DNA of 61,456 nucleotides, counting the filler, from Globobulimina sp. (Eukaryota): the NCBI GenBank assembly GCA_003354225.1. It is 18 parts of 18 records of this genome, joined end to end, with 100 filler letters (N's around TTAATTAATTAA, not from the genome) between each part and the next. Parts side by side here need not be neighbours in the genome. Positions count along the whole stretch, not along the records: positions 20,533 to 23,852 come from PIVH01003096.1; positions 23,953 to 27,272 come from PIVH01003097.1; positions 27,373 to 30,692 come from PIVH01003098.1; positions 30,793 to 34,112 come from PIVH01003099.1; 14 more parts are not named here. The stretch is one strand, 5' to 3'. Position numbers and translations under genes: made by a program. Position 1 is the first letter of the stretch. Every line of letters starts with the position of its first letter. The notes under the pieces were generated by a model. That model had not been told where the DNA came from. It made no database searches and saw only the letters and a program-made list of their open reading frames with translations. Shown here piece after piece: positions 21,985 through 34,076 of the stretch.

Positions 21985-23138
21985 ATGCAGGCAAAGCTAT
22001 CTTGTATATTTGCATTAATATGCATCACGCGATCATTTGAGCCAAAATTTTTTGAATTGGCGACAATCAATTACGGTCATTTAATCTCATCGCATCCATA
22101 TATTCGTCAAATAGAGGAAGAAAAAATGTTGCATGCAATGGAACATATTGGTTTTATGCTGATTACAAATCATGGCATATCGAGGACATTGTTAGACGAT
22201 ATGTGGAATGTCACGCAGCAGTTCTTCAATACCTCCTTACAAAATAAACTAAGCGTGCCACAAACGGCTGATTATATGTATGGTTATGAGGACGATGAAG
22301 CATTGGGTTATACTGAAAAAATCGCATATTTTGATAAAAGCAACAATACAAAATACCAGATTGGTGTTGATAGAAAAGAAATGTTTTCAGGTATAATTCA
22401 ATTATTATATATACTTTAACTATTACAATATCAGAATGTCACCACATTAACATAGCATATATCGGAAGTGCAGAGCATCCGCAACATTTAAATGCGGTGC
22501 GATGGCCGCCAGAACCCACAGAAATGCGCGATATTTGGATTGCTTATTATCGCGAATGTGAGCGGATTGGGAAGCAATTATTAAAGTCAATGTCGATCAT
22601 TTTGGACTTAAATGATGAGACCTATTTTGATTCATTTTTCGATGATCATTTGTCAGCAATTCGCGCATTAAATTATCCTGCAATTGACTTGGAAGAAATG
22701 TTGGAAGCGGAGGCGTCCGATAGTTGGAGATGTAGTTCGCATTCAGATTATGGCACATTTACGCTGTTACGACAAGATGGCGTCGGCGGCTTACAAGTGG
22801 AGGTTTCCACTGCAGAATGGATGGATGTCAGTTCTGATGAGTACGATTTCATTGTGAATTTAGGCAATACCATGAAACAATGGACCAATGATCGATTTAA
22901 ATCTACGAGACATCGAGTGGTTGTACCCAGGAATGAATACGAAGCACAAAGGAGACAATCGATTGCGTTCTTTCATAATCCAAATGGAAATGCCACGATA
23001 CAAACATTAAAATCATGTTTAAATGCAAGTGGTGCAGCATCCAACTATGAGCCGATCAAGTTTTTAGATTTATTGACGCAACTTGTTGACTCTAGAAAAG
23101 GTGGAATAGCGGACAAAGCATCAAAACAAGAATTGTAA
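21985..23138 (+). CDS. 2-oxoglutarate/Fe(II) dioxygenase (IPNS-like), secretory (intron 22391-22455)
   Basis: GFMLITNHGI, LNYP, HSDYG..TLL.QD.VGGLQV, NLG..M..WTNDRFKST.HRV, RQSIAFF; signal peptide; C-terminal KQEL. Confidence 0.92.
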
Positions 23139-23464
23139 TTGTATACTACTGTAACGTTTTATTTTTTTAGTTTTAAGTATTAAGGGTTTGGCCCCATATT
23201 TGTTTGACAATTTTTGAGACAGATCATATGAGAATATGCAGCTGCGGATACAAAATGAATATTCATGGAATGTACATGTAAATTTTCACCACATCCACCC
23301 CACCAATCCCACACAAGTAGCCAGCCAGCATGTGTGACCAACAAAAAAACATTTCTGACTTGTTCCTTATTCCCAAGGGATAAACAAAAACAAAAACAAA
23401 AATTAAATCTAACAAACAAAAGAAATGGGTATTTACATGTTTTCCGTATATTGAAATTAAATCG

Positions 23465-23852
23465 TTATACTTTATCCACCTCATCTTTATCAATCGCTAC
23501 ATAGTCCTCATCCTCATCCTTTACTGCTTCATTCTCATTGACTTTATCAGCCACCACAACCTCCTCTTCTTTATCCTTATCCTTATCCTTATCCTTATCA
23601 TCCACAACTTGCTCAGCTTTCTTCTCCTCCTCTTCCACATTCTCTTTCCTATCAACCACATCATCCTCTTTTGCCACACACGCCGCATTAAAATTATTCC
23701 GCGCCAACACCAACATATTATCAATATCTTTGGAGTCGTAAATAATTACATCATCAGATGCATCCTCTTTAGCTTCTTCATCATTGATTTTATATTCACT
23801 CTCAGCGTCATACACAATCACCGCGGCCAAATCGCGCACACTTAATTTCATA
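23465..23852 (-). CDS. Acidic low-complexity C-terminal fragment
   Basis: Open frame from the contig end, D/E/K-rich with (DK)n. Confidence 0.5.
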
Positions 23853-24566
23853 NNNNNNNNNNNNNNNNNNNNNNNNNNNNNNNNNNNNNNNNNNNNTTAA
23901 TTAATTAANNNNNNNNNNNNNNNNNNNNNNNNNNNNNNNNNNNNNNNNNNNNTTTTTGAGAAACGTTTGATAAGTTTTTGAAAAAATCAGTACTTATCGG
24001 AAAGCCCTATTTGTCAAAATTCTATGAACCCAGCATATGTATGCTAACTTTGCCATTTTTGACAAATAAAAATGCGAACACAAATATTTATTCCATATTC
24101 AACAGCAATGATAATCTCAAATAAATAATCCACTAATCTACGAACCAATATATTATATTATGATGAATAAATGATGTCAGTCCAAACTAAACTGGATTCT
24201 TCTATATTTGAAATAATACGTAAAATTAAAAACATTGATTTGATGCATTGAAATAATATGATATCCATACATTTATTAGTTAAAATATACAGTGTGATTG
24301 ATGCAGCAACATTAACAATCACACAACCACAAGTTCATTAATGAATGAGAATAATTAATATATTGTTGTACATTGAATTGACTGCTTCACTTATTTTCTT
24401 GTTTTGATTTTGAGTTGAATATGTGGAGAAACGGTGTCATGATCTTGTTGATTGACTTGATTCACCATTAACATATATTTATATATCACATTTATCTTTC
24501 GTTGTCAATGAAATCAAGCAACATCACTACAACAAAATCAGGAAAGGCATGATGAGCAAATTCATA

Positions 24567-24650
24567 TCCTTCCCGAAACGTTACTCACTTAGTTACCGGT
24601 AACGGTCACTGCGGTTACCAACGCTTAAGGGAGTAACTTTTCCGAAAGGA
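24567..24650. repeat. Imperfect inverted repeat / small fold-back
   Basis: TCCTTCCCGAAACGTTACTCACTTA pairs with TAAGGGAGTAACTTTTCCGAAAGGA. Confidence 0.5.
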
Positions 24651-24901
24651 TCTCTGTAACTATGCTATTCAGCGTAATCTGAAAATTCATATTGAATTTA
24701 ATTAATAATTGTGCTGCCATTTATGTACGCAAAAACGCTCATTTATTAAATTTGTTTTCGCAAAAACGCTTATTTGTAGAATTCGGTGTTATTTTAAAAT
24801 CATTAAAAAAGTTCCTTTGGAAAAGCTACATCAAAACAAGAAAGGTTGGAGATTCTCGGCATAAAAACGAGTTTCTGCAAAGTTGTAAAAATGGAAGAAA
24901 G

Positions 24902-25636
24902 TTAACACATGACAGGGTCCAGCGCTTCGCTGCTTTGACTAGATTCAGTAGATTCCAGACTCGAGCTCGAATTCTCTCTGTTTCTGTTTCGTTTGAATCT
25001 TTGTGCTGCTTCTCTCTCTAACAAAGGTGTCGAATTCTCTCTGTTTCGTTTGAATTTTTGTGCTGCTTTTCTCTCTAACAAAGGTCTTATTTCTTGTTCC
25101 AAAGCAGATCCTTTTTGTGTCAAATCAATTCCCGTAAATTGATGATAAATATGTGTAGCGTATTGATGACATCCATAGTTATAATTCAACTGATTATCTC
25201 TATCAATATTTGCTACTTCATACGGACGTTCTGATTGATAATATCTCGTAATATCAGACATATTTTTTGCAAACTCATTCCATGATATTTGAGAGTTCAC
25301 ATTGGTTTCATGAATTGCACGGTACGCATTCTGTTTTCCTTCACTCCGGCGATCAATGAGTTGTTGCAGTTCACTTTGATGAAATTTCAACGAGCAATCT
25401 CCAGATATAAATCGTTCCGATACAGAATAAGCAATCTCATCATTTGATTCAAATTTAGAAACCACGAATGAATGTTTATCAAATGAAAAACACGAATGAA
25501 TGTTTTTTGTTGGTCCACCAATGAAATATTGCATTGTTGTCAACCAAAACGTAGAATTTGCAGTGTTATTATTTTCCGATGTACTGGATGCAGATAGTGA
25601 GAGTATCTCGAGAAACATAAAAAAACACAAAGACAT
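24902..25636 (-). CDS. Secreted hypothetical protein with duplicated C-terminal peptide
   Basis: Signal peptide; PLLER.AAQ.FKRNRENS occurs twice (DNA repeat about 24969-25085). Confidence 0.6.
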   Translation of the reverse strand: MSLCFFMFLEILSLSASSTSENNNTANSTFWLTTMQYFIGGPTKNIHSCFSFDKHSFVVSKFESNDEIAYSVSERFISGDCSLKFHQSELQQLIDRRSEGKQNAYRAIHETNVNSQISWNEFAKNMSDITRYYQSERPYEVANIDRDNQLNYNYGCHQYATHIYHQFTGIDLTQKGSALEQEIRPLLERKAAQKFKRNRENSTPLLEREAAQRFKRNRNRENSSSSLESTESSQSSEALDPVMC

Positions 25637-26032
25637 GATGCTGGTTTTAGTGAATTTGCAGATGTTTGATTCTCCGAAGTGGATTAAAATAAAATTCTCC
25701 GAAGTTGATTCTCCGAAAACAGCTGCATCAGTTCATAAAAATCGAAACAACTGCAAATTATTAAACTTTTACACAAAAGATACACATAGATTTTTATGAG
25801 CTTATCATTGCACTCAATAAACAATTTCACCAAAGCCATTGCAAGATTTGAGTTTACACGGTCGTGACAAAACAATTTTTGCAACATTTGCACTTAATAT
25901 TGCTTCAAGAAGCGAATGGTTTTACACCAGCATTGAGGCTATGAGCTTCATCACATCCTCAAAATATCAGACATTTCTGTGAAATCAGGCAATTTATTAC
26001 ATTTTGTGTATCAAATAAATATATCACCAGAC

Positions 26033-26860
26033 ATGTATCGAAATGAACCTATTTGCAATAATGTACACACATTGCAAGATACAACGGGTTGGCAGCAATT
26101 ACGAGATATTAAATATGGTCCACGCGCACTAAAAATGGCGGAATGTAAAGATATTCAAATCAGTAAAGAGGCGCATACCTATGTACGTGCACAGGATGGC
26201 GGCGATGATTTATTATCATTTAGTTCATTAAATTTAGAATGCGGTGTATTTGCAGGTATTTGTGCAGCGACCACGACATTTTTAAGTGTGTACAAAGGCT
26301 CAGTTCGGAATTCATTCAAACCGATTTTGTCAGAGACTGCAGTCACGGTACCCAACGTGGCGATATTTTTTACGTCTTATGAACATTTAAAGCGATATAT
26401 GTTTGACACGGATATTATGAAAAAATCATACTCTCAAACGTTTTTAGAGCGATTTGCAGCGGCTGGAATTGCATCGAGTGTTGGTTATGTTGTCAGTGGC
26501 AGTTCGCGCATAAATGGAGGCCATGGCGGTGGTTTATTGCCGTTAAGATTTGCAGGCTTTTTTGGGACGTTTGAATTTTGTAAGGATTTACTCGATTTTC
26601 GACATGAAAATATTGGCTTATTTGGTGTGGCAGCGTCGGCAGCCATTGGTGGTACGGTGTCGCATAGTTTGTATTATCCGCTGTTGCAGTGCAAGAATAT
26701 GAGAATGAATGTGTTGGTGATGGAGATTGGAGGGCTTCAAAGGGAGATGTTGTCGAAGGGCTTGTTCCGAGGCTGGGCGTCGTCGTTGGCTAAGTTTCTG
26801 CCGTCATGCGTGGCCTGTTCGTGCGCCTTTGAATACAGCAAAAGATATTTAAATAAATAA
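26033..26860 (+). CDS. Divergent mitochondrial carrier (SLC25-like) protein
   Basis: Three-fold pattern IFFTSYEHLK / FFGTFEFCK / CAFEYSK, plus YPL..CK and KGLFRGW. Confidence 0.7.
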   Translation: MYRNEPICNNVHTLQDTTGWQQLRDIKYGPRALKMAECKDIQISKEAHTYVRAQDGGDDLLSFSSLNLECGVFAGICAATTTFLSVYKGSVRNSFKPILSETAVTVPNVAIFFTSYEHLKRYMFDTDIMKKSYSQTFLERFAAAGIASSVGYVVSGSSRINGGHGGGLLPLRFAGFFGTFEFCKDLLDFRHENIGLFGVAASAAIGGTVSHSLYYPLLQCKNMRMNVLVMEIGGLQREMLSKGLFRGWASSLAKFLPSCVACSCAFEYSKRYLNK

Positions 26861-27373
26861 AATAATAATTCTGTATTCACAAATTTCATAAATAGTGATG
26901 AAAAATATAAATATTTGATTGTTTTTCATTTTTGTTTTCTGTCCATTTTTTTGTTGTTTCTTTTAACGATTTAATACCGAGGATATGACATAATTATTTA
27001 TATATAAATTTAACGTTTTTGTTTTGTAGCAATGAATTTAAGTCACGGCCTATTGTAGAAGGAAAAACCTGTGAGAAATCATACGAATACTGTCTAATAC
27101 ACTGCTATTATTCCCGTCTTAAAAGGAAAAACCTGTGAGAAATTTAATTCATCTAATAGGGCTTTCCGATATGTACTGCAAATTTCAAAAACTTTTCGAA
27201 CAGATCCGCCCAGTTCGAAAAGGTCCCACCATGTCCAGAAGAAAAGGAAACAACATATTATTGTCGCTTAGCNNNNNNNNNNNNNNNNNNNNNNNNNNNN
27301 NNNNNNNNNNNNNNNNTTAATTAATTAANNNNNNNNNNNNNNNNNNNNNNNNNNNNNNNNNNNNNNNNNNNNA

Positions 27374-27586
27374 AATCTAATAAATAATGGCGATTTAGAA
27401 TATGAAATAGATGACGACCAATATTTTGCTATGACAATCGCAGAATTGTTGTTATGGACATTAGGCTCAGTAGTTATTGGAATTATTATTTGTGGCGGAA
27501 CAATATTATGGTATAAAAAATTTGTAACAAATGAATTATCACAACCTAAATGGCAACCTCCACCACCTGCTAAAACAGTTGAATAA
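27374..27586 (+). CDS. C-terminal fragment of a single-pass membrane protein
   Basis: Frame reads ...LLLWTLGSVVIGIIICGGTILWYKK...PPPPAKTVE*. Confidence 0.5.
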   Translation, partial: NLINNGDLEYEIDDDQYFAMTIAELLLWTLGSVVIGIIICGGTILWYKKFVTNELSQPKWQPPPPAKTVE

Positions 27587-28089
27587 AACGTCAAAAATAA
27601 CTTGTAGAGTGTGCAAGGATAAAACAAAAACAAAAACGAAAACAAAAACGAAAAGTATTTTTCTAGCTTCAAATTGTGTCGTCAAAATAGTTCTTGTCGT
27701 CCACCATTCGAATCGAGCATAGTATGAAACTCCAATGACATCGGCACTCCCATGCTTGTGATGGGGTATTAAGCTAAGTTGACATGCATTGTCTTAGTGT
27801 CAAGCTGTAGAAATGTTTTTTGTTTCAAATTAAAAATAGGAATGAAGTGCAAGGATAGTTGGAATAGTTTATATGTAAGGATAGAATCTAAACCTTCAAT
27901 TATTTAGAAACATGTTATTGAACTAGTCATCTCAATTGAAAATAAAGCAAAAAAAACAAAATTATGGAAAAAAAAACAAAATTATGGAAAAAAAAAAGTA
28001 AACAAAATCACAAATAAATCACAATTTAATATGGGGAAAAAAAAAGTATGAAAAATAAAATATTAAAATTAAACATAAATTGAACATAA

Positions 28090-29322
28090 TTATTTCCTTT
28101 TCGACAACCACCAACAACCAAACATATTTACTGCAACAAATATAAGAATCATAGGCAAAATATATAATATCGAAGGTATCTCAATCGTTATGGTATAATG
28201 CGAATTTTCATCATTTGTCAATGCATCATTTTCTTCATTTGCGTTATCCACTGCAAATAACTCCGTACTTTCAGAAGACGAACGATAACGAGAACGATAA
28301 TTATAATCAGAATCAGAATCAGAATCAGTCTCAGTATCAGTTTCATCGACATCACTTTGTAAGCTACAATACTGGCTCCAAAGGCTACAAAGGCTATAAT
28401 CAAATGGTGTGGGATTTCTGGTTGGATTTTGTGTGGGATTTCGGCTCGGATTGAGAGTAAAACATAATCCATCATCAGCTACAAAGGCGAGTGCACCAAT
28501 TTTGTCGGACGAAACATTTGCGAATAATGTGGCAGCACCAGTTTCAATATCAATAGTATAAATATCGCCTTTGCCATAGCTGCCCGATGTTGAAGCATAT
28601 AATACGCCATTTCCACCAAAGGTTAATGAGGACAATGCATCAATACCTGTAGGTTGCAGAAAAGTCGGTAAACCTGTTTCTAAATCAATTGAAACTAAAA
28701 AACTGGGCTCAGATTCTGATGTTATACCATACATTGTGTTTGTATATATATCATAGGCTAAACCTCCGATGGACTTAATATAGACATCCTGCGATATTAT
28801 GGTACTGTCGTTGCCAGTCACTGGGTCTACGATTCTAAGTCCTGGATAATCGTCACCGTTATTCCAACCGTATAAAATGCTCCCTACAAATTCTAATCCT
28901 GGATAATCGTCACCGGAATAATAGTCCCGTGTATTAAACACACCACCAATAGTGGTACCATTCAAAATATGCACTTCTCGAATCTCACCGGAACCATCAC
29001 CTTCTCCAGCGTACATTTTCTGATTTATACAATCATAGACCAGCTCGTGAGTTAGACCGCCCCCTTCACCAATTTCTTGCACCTCTCCCGTAATTGGATC
29101 GATTGCCCAATAAACACCAAGTCTGTCCATTGCGTACAATGTGTCACAAAATGCAGGTATTATAAATGCGATTATTAATAATAAAATGACTAAAACATTT
29201 ATATATATATTTGTATTCCACAAACATTTGTATTGCAAATGTTCTGAAATGGAATTGGAATGCAAACCTTTGTGGAATGCAAACCTTTGTGGAATACAAT
29301 GGTTTAATTTTCGAATGAACAA
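28090..29322 (-). CDS. Surface protein: beta-propeller-like ectodomain, PT linker, C-terminal TM
   Basis: Repeating LAYD...MYG / IDxxTG blades, NPTQNPTRNPT stalk, hydrophobic N- and C-terminal segments; start uncertain. Confidence 0.7.
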   Translation of the reverse strand: MFIRKLNHCIPQRFAFHKGLHSNSISEHLQYKCLWNTNIYINVLVILLLIIAFIIPAFCDTLYAMDRLGVYWAIDPITGEVQEIGEGGGLTHELVYDCINQKMYAGEGDGSGEIREVHILNGTTIGGVFNTRDYYSGDDYPGLEFVGSILYGWNNGDDYPGLRIVDPVTGNDSTIISQDVYIKSIGGLAYDIYTNTMYGITSESEPSFLVSIDLETGLPTFLQPTGIDALSSLTFGGNGVLYASTSGSYGKGDIYTIDIETGAATLFANVSSDKIGALAFVADDGLCFTLNPSRNPTQNPTRNPTPFDYSLCSLWSQYCSLQSDVDETDTETDSDSDSDYNYRSRYRSSSESTELFAVDNANEENDALTNDENSHYTITIEIPSILYILPMILIFVAVNMFGCWWLSKRK

Positions 29323-29830
29323 AACTGAGCCGATCTGACAGCGAGCGGATATAAACCATTATTTATATTTATATCGTCTTCCATAACTACCCGGTGTTTG
29401 CTCGCCATGCTAAGGATAAAGAATTATATTATCTATACTGCTGTACGTATCATTTTGTGTGATATAAATCTCGGGCGTTTCAGACGATATAAATAATACA
29501 ACTGCCAGATCGGCGATAGAAGGCTCCGTTAACCGTTTACGATTATATATTTTGGGTATTAAACTTGTAATATATTGGATCCAGTTTGCGCTGTGAACGT
29601 ACGTAGTTGTTGTTGGAGACATTGATTATAAGTTGTTGTTACAAAGTTTGAGGAAAAAATAAGTTTACTGAAAATCCTCACCTCAACGATATATTCCAAA
29701 AGACAATCCCCCCCCTTTGTATACCGAAAATTCAATTGATTATGGCATCTAAATTTATTAAATATATTCCATATCAAATCAACAATTAATATTAATGACT
29801 GTTTGCTTGAGACACCCGTCCTGACTATTT

Positions 29831-30447
29831 ATTGGGTCGATAGACCCTTATACGATGTTGTTTGCAATATTTATGACAAAATAAAATATGTTCCGTCGTT
29901 TTACCATTAAATATTTTATCGAAATTTTTTTTCAATTTTTTTTTTATCGAAATTTTCCCTAAACGAAATATATTATCAAAATATATGATCAATATATGAT
30001 TTTGAAGGGAAAACTGACACCTTCCCCTTAGGCTAACTTGGACGACATTCCTCTTAGGGTTTGGTTCAAATAAACCTCGACCAACATTGTCAGCAAGCCC
30101 CGTCATAAATAAATCTCGACCACCATGTCACCAGCGGTCGCCCGGGATAAACCTCGACCAACATTGTCACCAAGTCACGTCATAAATAAATATATGAGTA
30201 CCCGCCATCACATCACCACTGCTCATATATTAAACATGTAATAGGGGCAACAGAGTTGCATTTCGGGTCGATAGACCCAGAAGCAAGATGACAGGAGACA
30301 AGAATCACAGATGCCAGAATCCTGGAGGCAAGAACCCAGAAGGCGAGAAGTTTAATTGCTGTGTTTGAAATTTTCAGACCTAGAGGTTTTTGGGTGTTTG
30401 AGATGAACCAATTTGGGTGTTTGAGATGAACCAATTTGAGTGTTTAT
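29831..30447. repeat. Mosaic of short repeats, probable transposon remnant
   Basis: GGGTCGATAGACCC hairpin twice (about 29834 and 30265); three 39-nt units ATAAACCTCGACCAACATTGTCA (30068-30190); TTTGGGTGTTTGAGATGAACCAA about x2.5 (30389-30445). Confidence 0.6.
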
Positions 30448-30792
30448 CATATTTTTTTTGTTTGTTTTTTTATGCGAATTTCCGTAATTACATTTTTATC
30501 CTTGCACTGAAAAATGGTGATTTAAGATGAACTAAATTATATCATATTTTTTATGTGAATTTGCGTAGTTGTTAATTTTTTGTGTCAACAAAACTGAATA
30601 TAAATCATTATTTTAAATTAATTTTTCTTTTTTTACGTGGAGGTGTTAATGATAAAGATGTTGTTCTTGAAGTTATATTTTCTATTTTTCCANNNNNNNN
30701 NNNNNNNNNNNNNNNNNNNNNNNNNNNNNNNNNNNNTTAATTAATTAANNNNNNNNNNNNNNNNNNNNNNNNNNNNNNNNNNNNNNNNNNNN

Positions 30793-31392
30793 TGTTTGTG
30801 TAGGTGTTTTTGTAGGTGTTTTTGTAGGTGTTTTTGTGGGTGTTTTTGTGGGTGTTTCTGTGGGTGTTGTTGTTGGTGTTTTTGTTGGTGTTTTTGTAGG
30901 GCTTTGTGATGGTTCATGTGATGGTTCTGGTGACGGTTCTGGTGATGGTCCAGGCGACGGACTATTACAGACCAACGTTTTTTGTAAACTACAATTTTCG
31001 TCGTTCCAGCGGCAATTCGAATCTGTTGAACTTACAGATACACAGTCTTCTCCATTCAAATCATTTGGTTCTGTAATATCCCAATTTTGGTAATCATAGA
31101 CAGTTCCATCACTCCACATGAATGCACCTTCAGTGATCATATCTGATAATCCAATCCAAACAGTTGAACCACTGAGGATCGCTTGATACGGTGAAATGAC
31201 TGTCCATAATGTGTTGATGTCCTCTTCAGAATGTATTGAAGCAAGAGTGGTGCCATAGTTTACTTGACAATATGTCTCTGCATCATTCCAACTGACGGCT
31301 GTATTTACGAAAGTGTACGTTTGCGCATTTGCGTATGATAATAATTGATAGGTAATGAGAAAGATATAGAATAGCGCTAGCATCGTTGCCAT
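30793..31392 (-). CDS. C-type lectin domain protein with mucin-like PTKT stalk, 3' truncated
   Basis: Signal peptide, SWNDAETYC, LASIHS, WIGLSD...EG.F.WSDG, EPN, EDCV, WND. Confidence 0.93.
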
Positions 31393-32001
31393 GTTTTTGG
31401 ACGAAAATTCTGAACTAAATGCGAGCTGTACTAAGAAATCAAAATAAAGTGATATATTTCAATGGTATCAAGTCGGTTCAATAGAGTTTTCCTATTTGAC
31501 CGTGATTTTTAAAGAAGATTAAAAGTAAAAAGTTTGTGGATTTTGGATCTAAAAAGATTACAAGCTGTCGAACGTAAGTACAGGATATAAAAATAATTGG
31601 TTTGTCATGGGTTTATTTAAAAAAACAGATGTGTATAAACGATTTCAATTGAATTTATAGGTAAACAAATAACAGACGATAAAAAAAAGAAAACAACTGT
31701 TATCCATTCAATAGCAACATAAATTCATTTGCATTCTTTAATGCAGTTTCTTTAATGCAGTTTGCTTTTTTTTTTTATCAAAATAAATATTTGTGTTCGA
31801 GATTGGTTATGATAATTCTGTGATGGATGGTCATCACGTAATTGTATTCATAAATATCACCTGATAAACTGGACAGGTGATAACAGTGAGCTAGTCATCA
31901 ATATATTGAGGGCGTTTTAAAAAATCAATGGTACTAAAATACGAATTGAGTTATCTAATACTATACTATACAAAAACTATAAAACAAAAAATGAAAACAC
32001 A

Positions 32002-34076
32002 TTAAACTGCAGTATACGTTTGAACATTGCCATCACTCTTTTCATTCTTTGATAAATATCTTCTGCCATTGACCAATTCCTTCATTGCATCCGTGGCAAA
32101 TTTAGGTTCAACATTTACCGATTCATCCACTAAAAAACATAAAAAAATGGTTTGAGCGGCAACATCAAATACCATCATAAACAATGCTGAAATGATATAA
32201 CTTATAATAAATATAACAAGTGCTGGAAATAAATATGACTCTAAATTATTATCATAATATTTATAATATTTCATGACTAATACAGCAATTCCTGTATTTA
32301 ATAATGATATAATAAATCGACCAAAATGTTCGCAATATGTAGAGATGTAACTCATTAATACTGTTTCTCCGAAATTCTCCATAATTATTTGCAATGCAGA
32401 ATATGAGGAATGACAAAAAGATGTTCCATAAATTGATGTAAATATAAAACCATTTTTATTAATCCGATTAAAAATACATTCACAACATTTCAAACCGCAC
32501 GACATTACGCAAAATATACATTTCGTCAGTGGATTTTGTGCATTTTTTGTTTTTTTACTTATATAACATACAAAACCTTCAACCGTTCTAATTAAAGTTA
32601 TAACCGCTGCACCAAATGCTAAATATTAACTTATTTTATCTCAGTTTTTCCATAAATCATGGCGTTTTATAGAGGAAAATTATTTTTTAGCATACCTAAT
32701 GAACCCAAATGATATCTGGTTACTCTCCACAAAGATTCATAAATTGGAGACGATGATAATTGAGCAATTCCATTGCCAATGAACCCAAATTGATAACTTG
32801 TTACTGACCAATCAGAAAAATACCAATCTGAAAACACGCCGGCAAGCACCATGTAAGCAAAATATATCAGAACCTGCACGGAATAAAACAATACAACAAA
32901 ATGCCAAATTAATTCCTTTTTCATCAAATCATAATCAAATTGAAAATGTTGATACGAATTTGGATATCCACCATTCGTTACAAATGCATTTGGCATTGCT
33001 TCGGTCGTTTGAGTCTTCACAGAATAAATATACAATGCCTCAGTAGTCCAATATGCCATATATGCGATACCTAAGAAACTCATCCAAATCGGGAAAATCA
33101 ACGTTAATTTCATATCATAAATTGCATGGTTTGCTTCATTGAGTAAAGCAATCACAAATTCCATATTTTTACGAACAAACCACAATGCAAAAAATAAGCA
33201 TATTAAAATAATAATAATTACAAAACCGCCAAGTATTTCAATCAAAGCAATGCTTTGGGTCTGATATGAGTTATAATTCCTAACTCCATTTTGAATCAAG
33301 AGCCACGAGAATAATATGCCTGATATTAATACCATAACAATTGTAAAAATAATTAATATTTCACTGTGTATTTGAGATATTTCATGAGCTTTGGCCTTTG
33401 GTCCATGGCTGATGATTGCAACTATTTTTTAACTTTAATCAGCTGTCAAAATCAGCCCTGAGGACATGAAATATTTCAAGTAAATATTTTACCTTAAACA
33501 GGATATTAATTTTAAATAAATGAATGATAAAACAATAGCAGCAAATGACATTATTAATATTAACCATTTTGCTGTGGCTAAATCAGATAAACCTCGTTCG
33601 ATATTTGATGTAAAATCATCAAATGTCTTGTCAATATTATCAATCTCTGTGATTTCTTTTGGAACACAATATGCATTCATAAATAATGAGGATTCATATT
33701 TATTAATCATCAATTTGTTTTGTGCACTATTTGTGAATGCGTTGCAAGACCATGAACATAAACGGATGTCGTAATCAGATAATGATGGCCAAACTGTGTA
33801 TGGTCCATTTAAATTGTTATCATCGCATAATGTGCCGTTATAATCTGTACCATGTAGCAGTAAATTATAATTTGCGCCTGCTTTTGAACAGGATGCAACT
33901 ATTAAAATTTCAATTATTATACAAGCCAATAACAGGCAACAACATGGGATATCTGTGCATTGTCTCTCATCATTTTGTGTGACTTCTGTTAATTGCACTT
34001 TTTCATATTGCGATGAGGTCGTACAACATCCACAACCCGTCAGATTTGCACATTTATCACAACAGCTGTCATTCAT
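32002..34076 (-). CDS. Choline transporter-like (CTL/SLC44) protein (introns 33364-33492, 32619-32695)
   Basis: RQCTDIPCC, GTDYNG.LC, RYHLGSLAFG, INKNGFIFTSIYGTSFC.S, TIFLCFLVD. Confidence 0.9.

Noticed and set aside
30068..30190. CRISPR-like array
   Set aside because: Units are degenerate tandem copies without unique spacers, no cas genes are present, and the context is eukaryotic.
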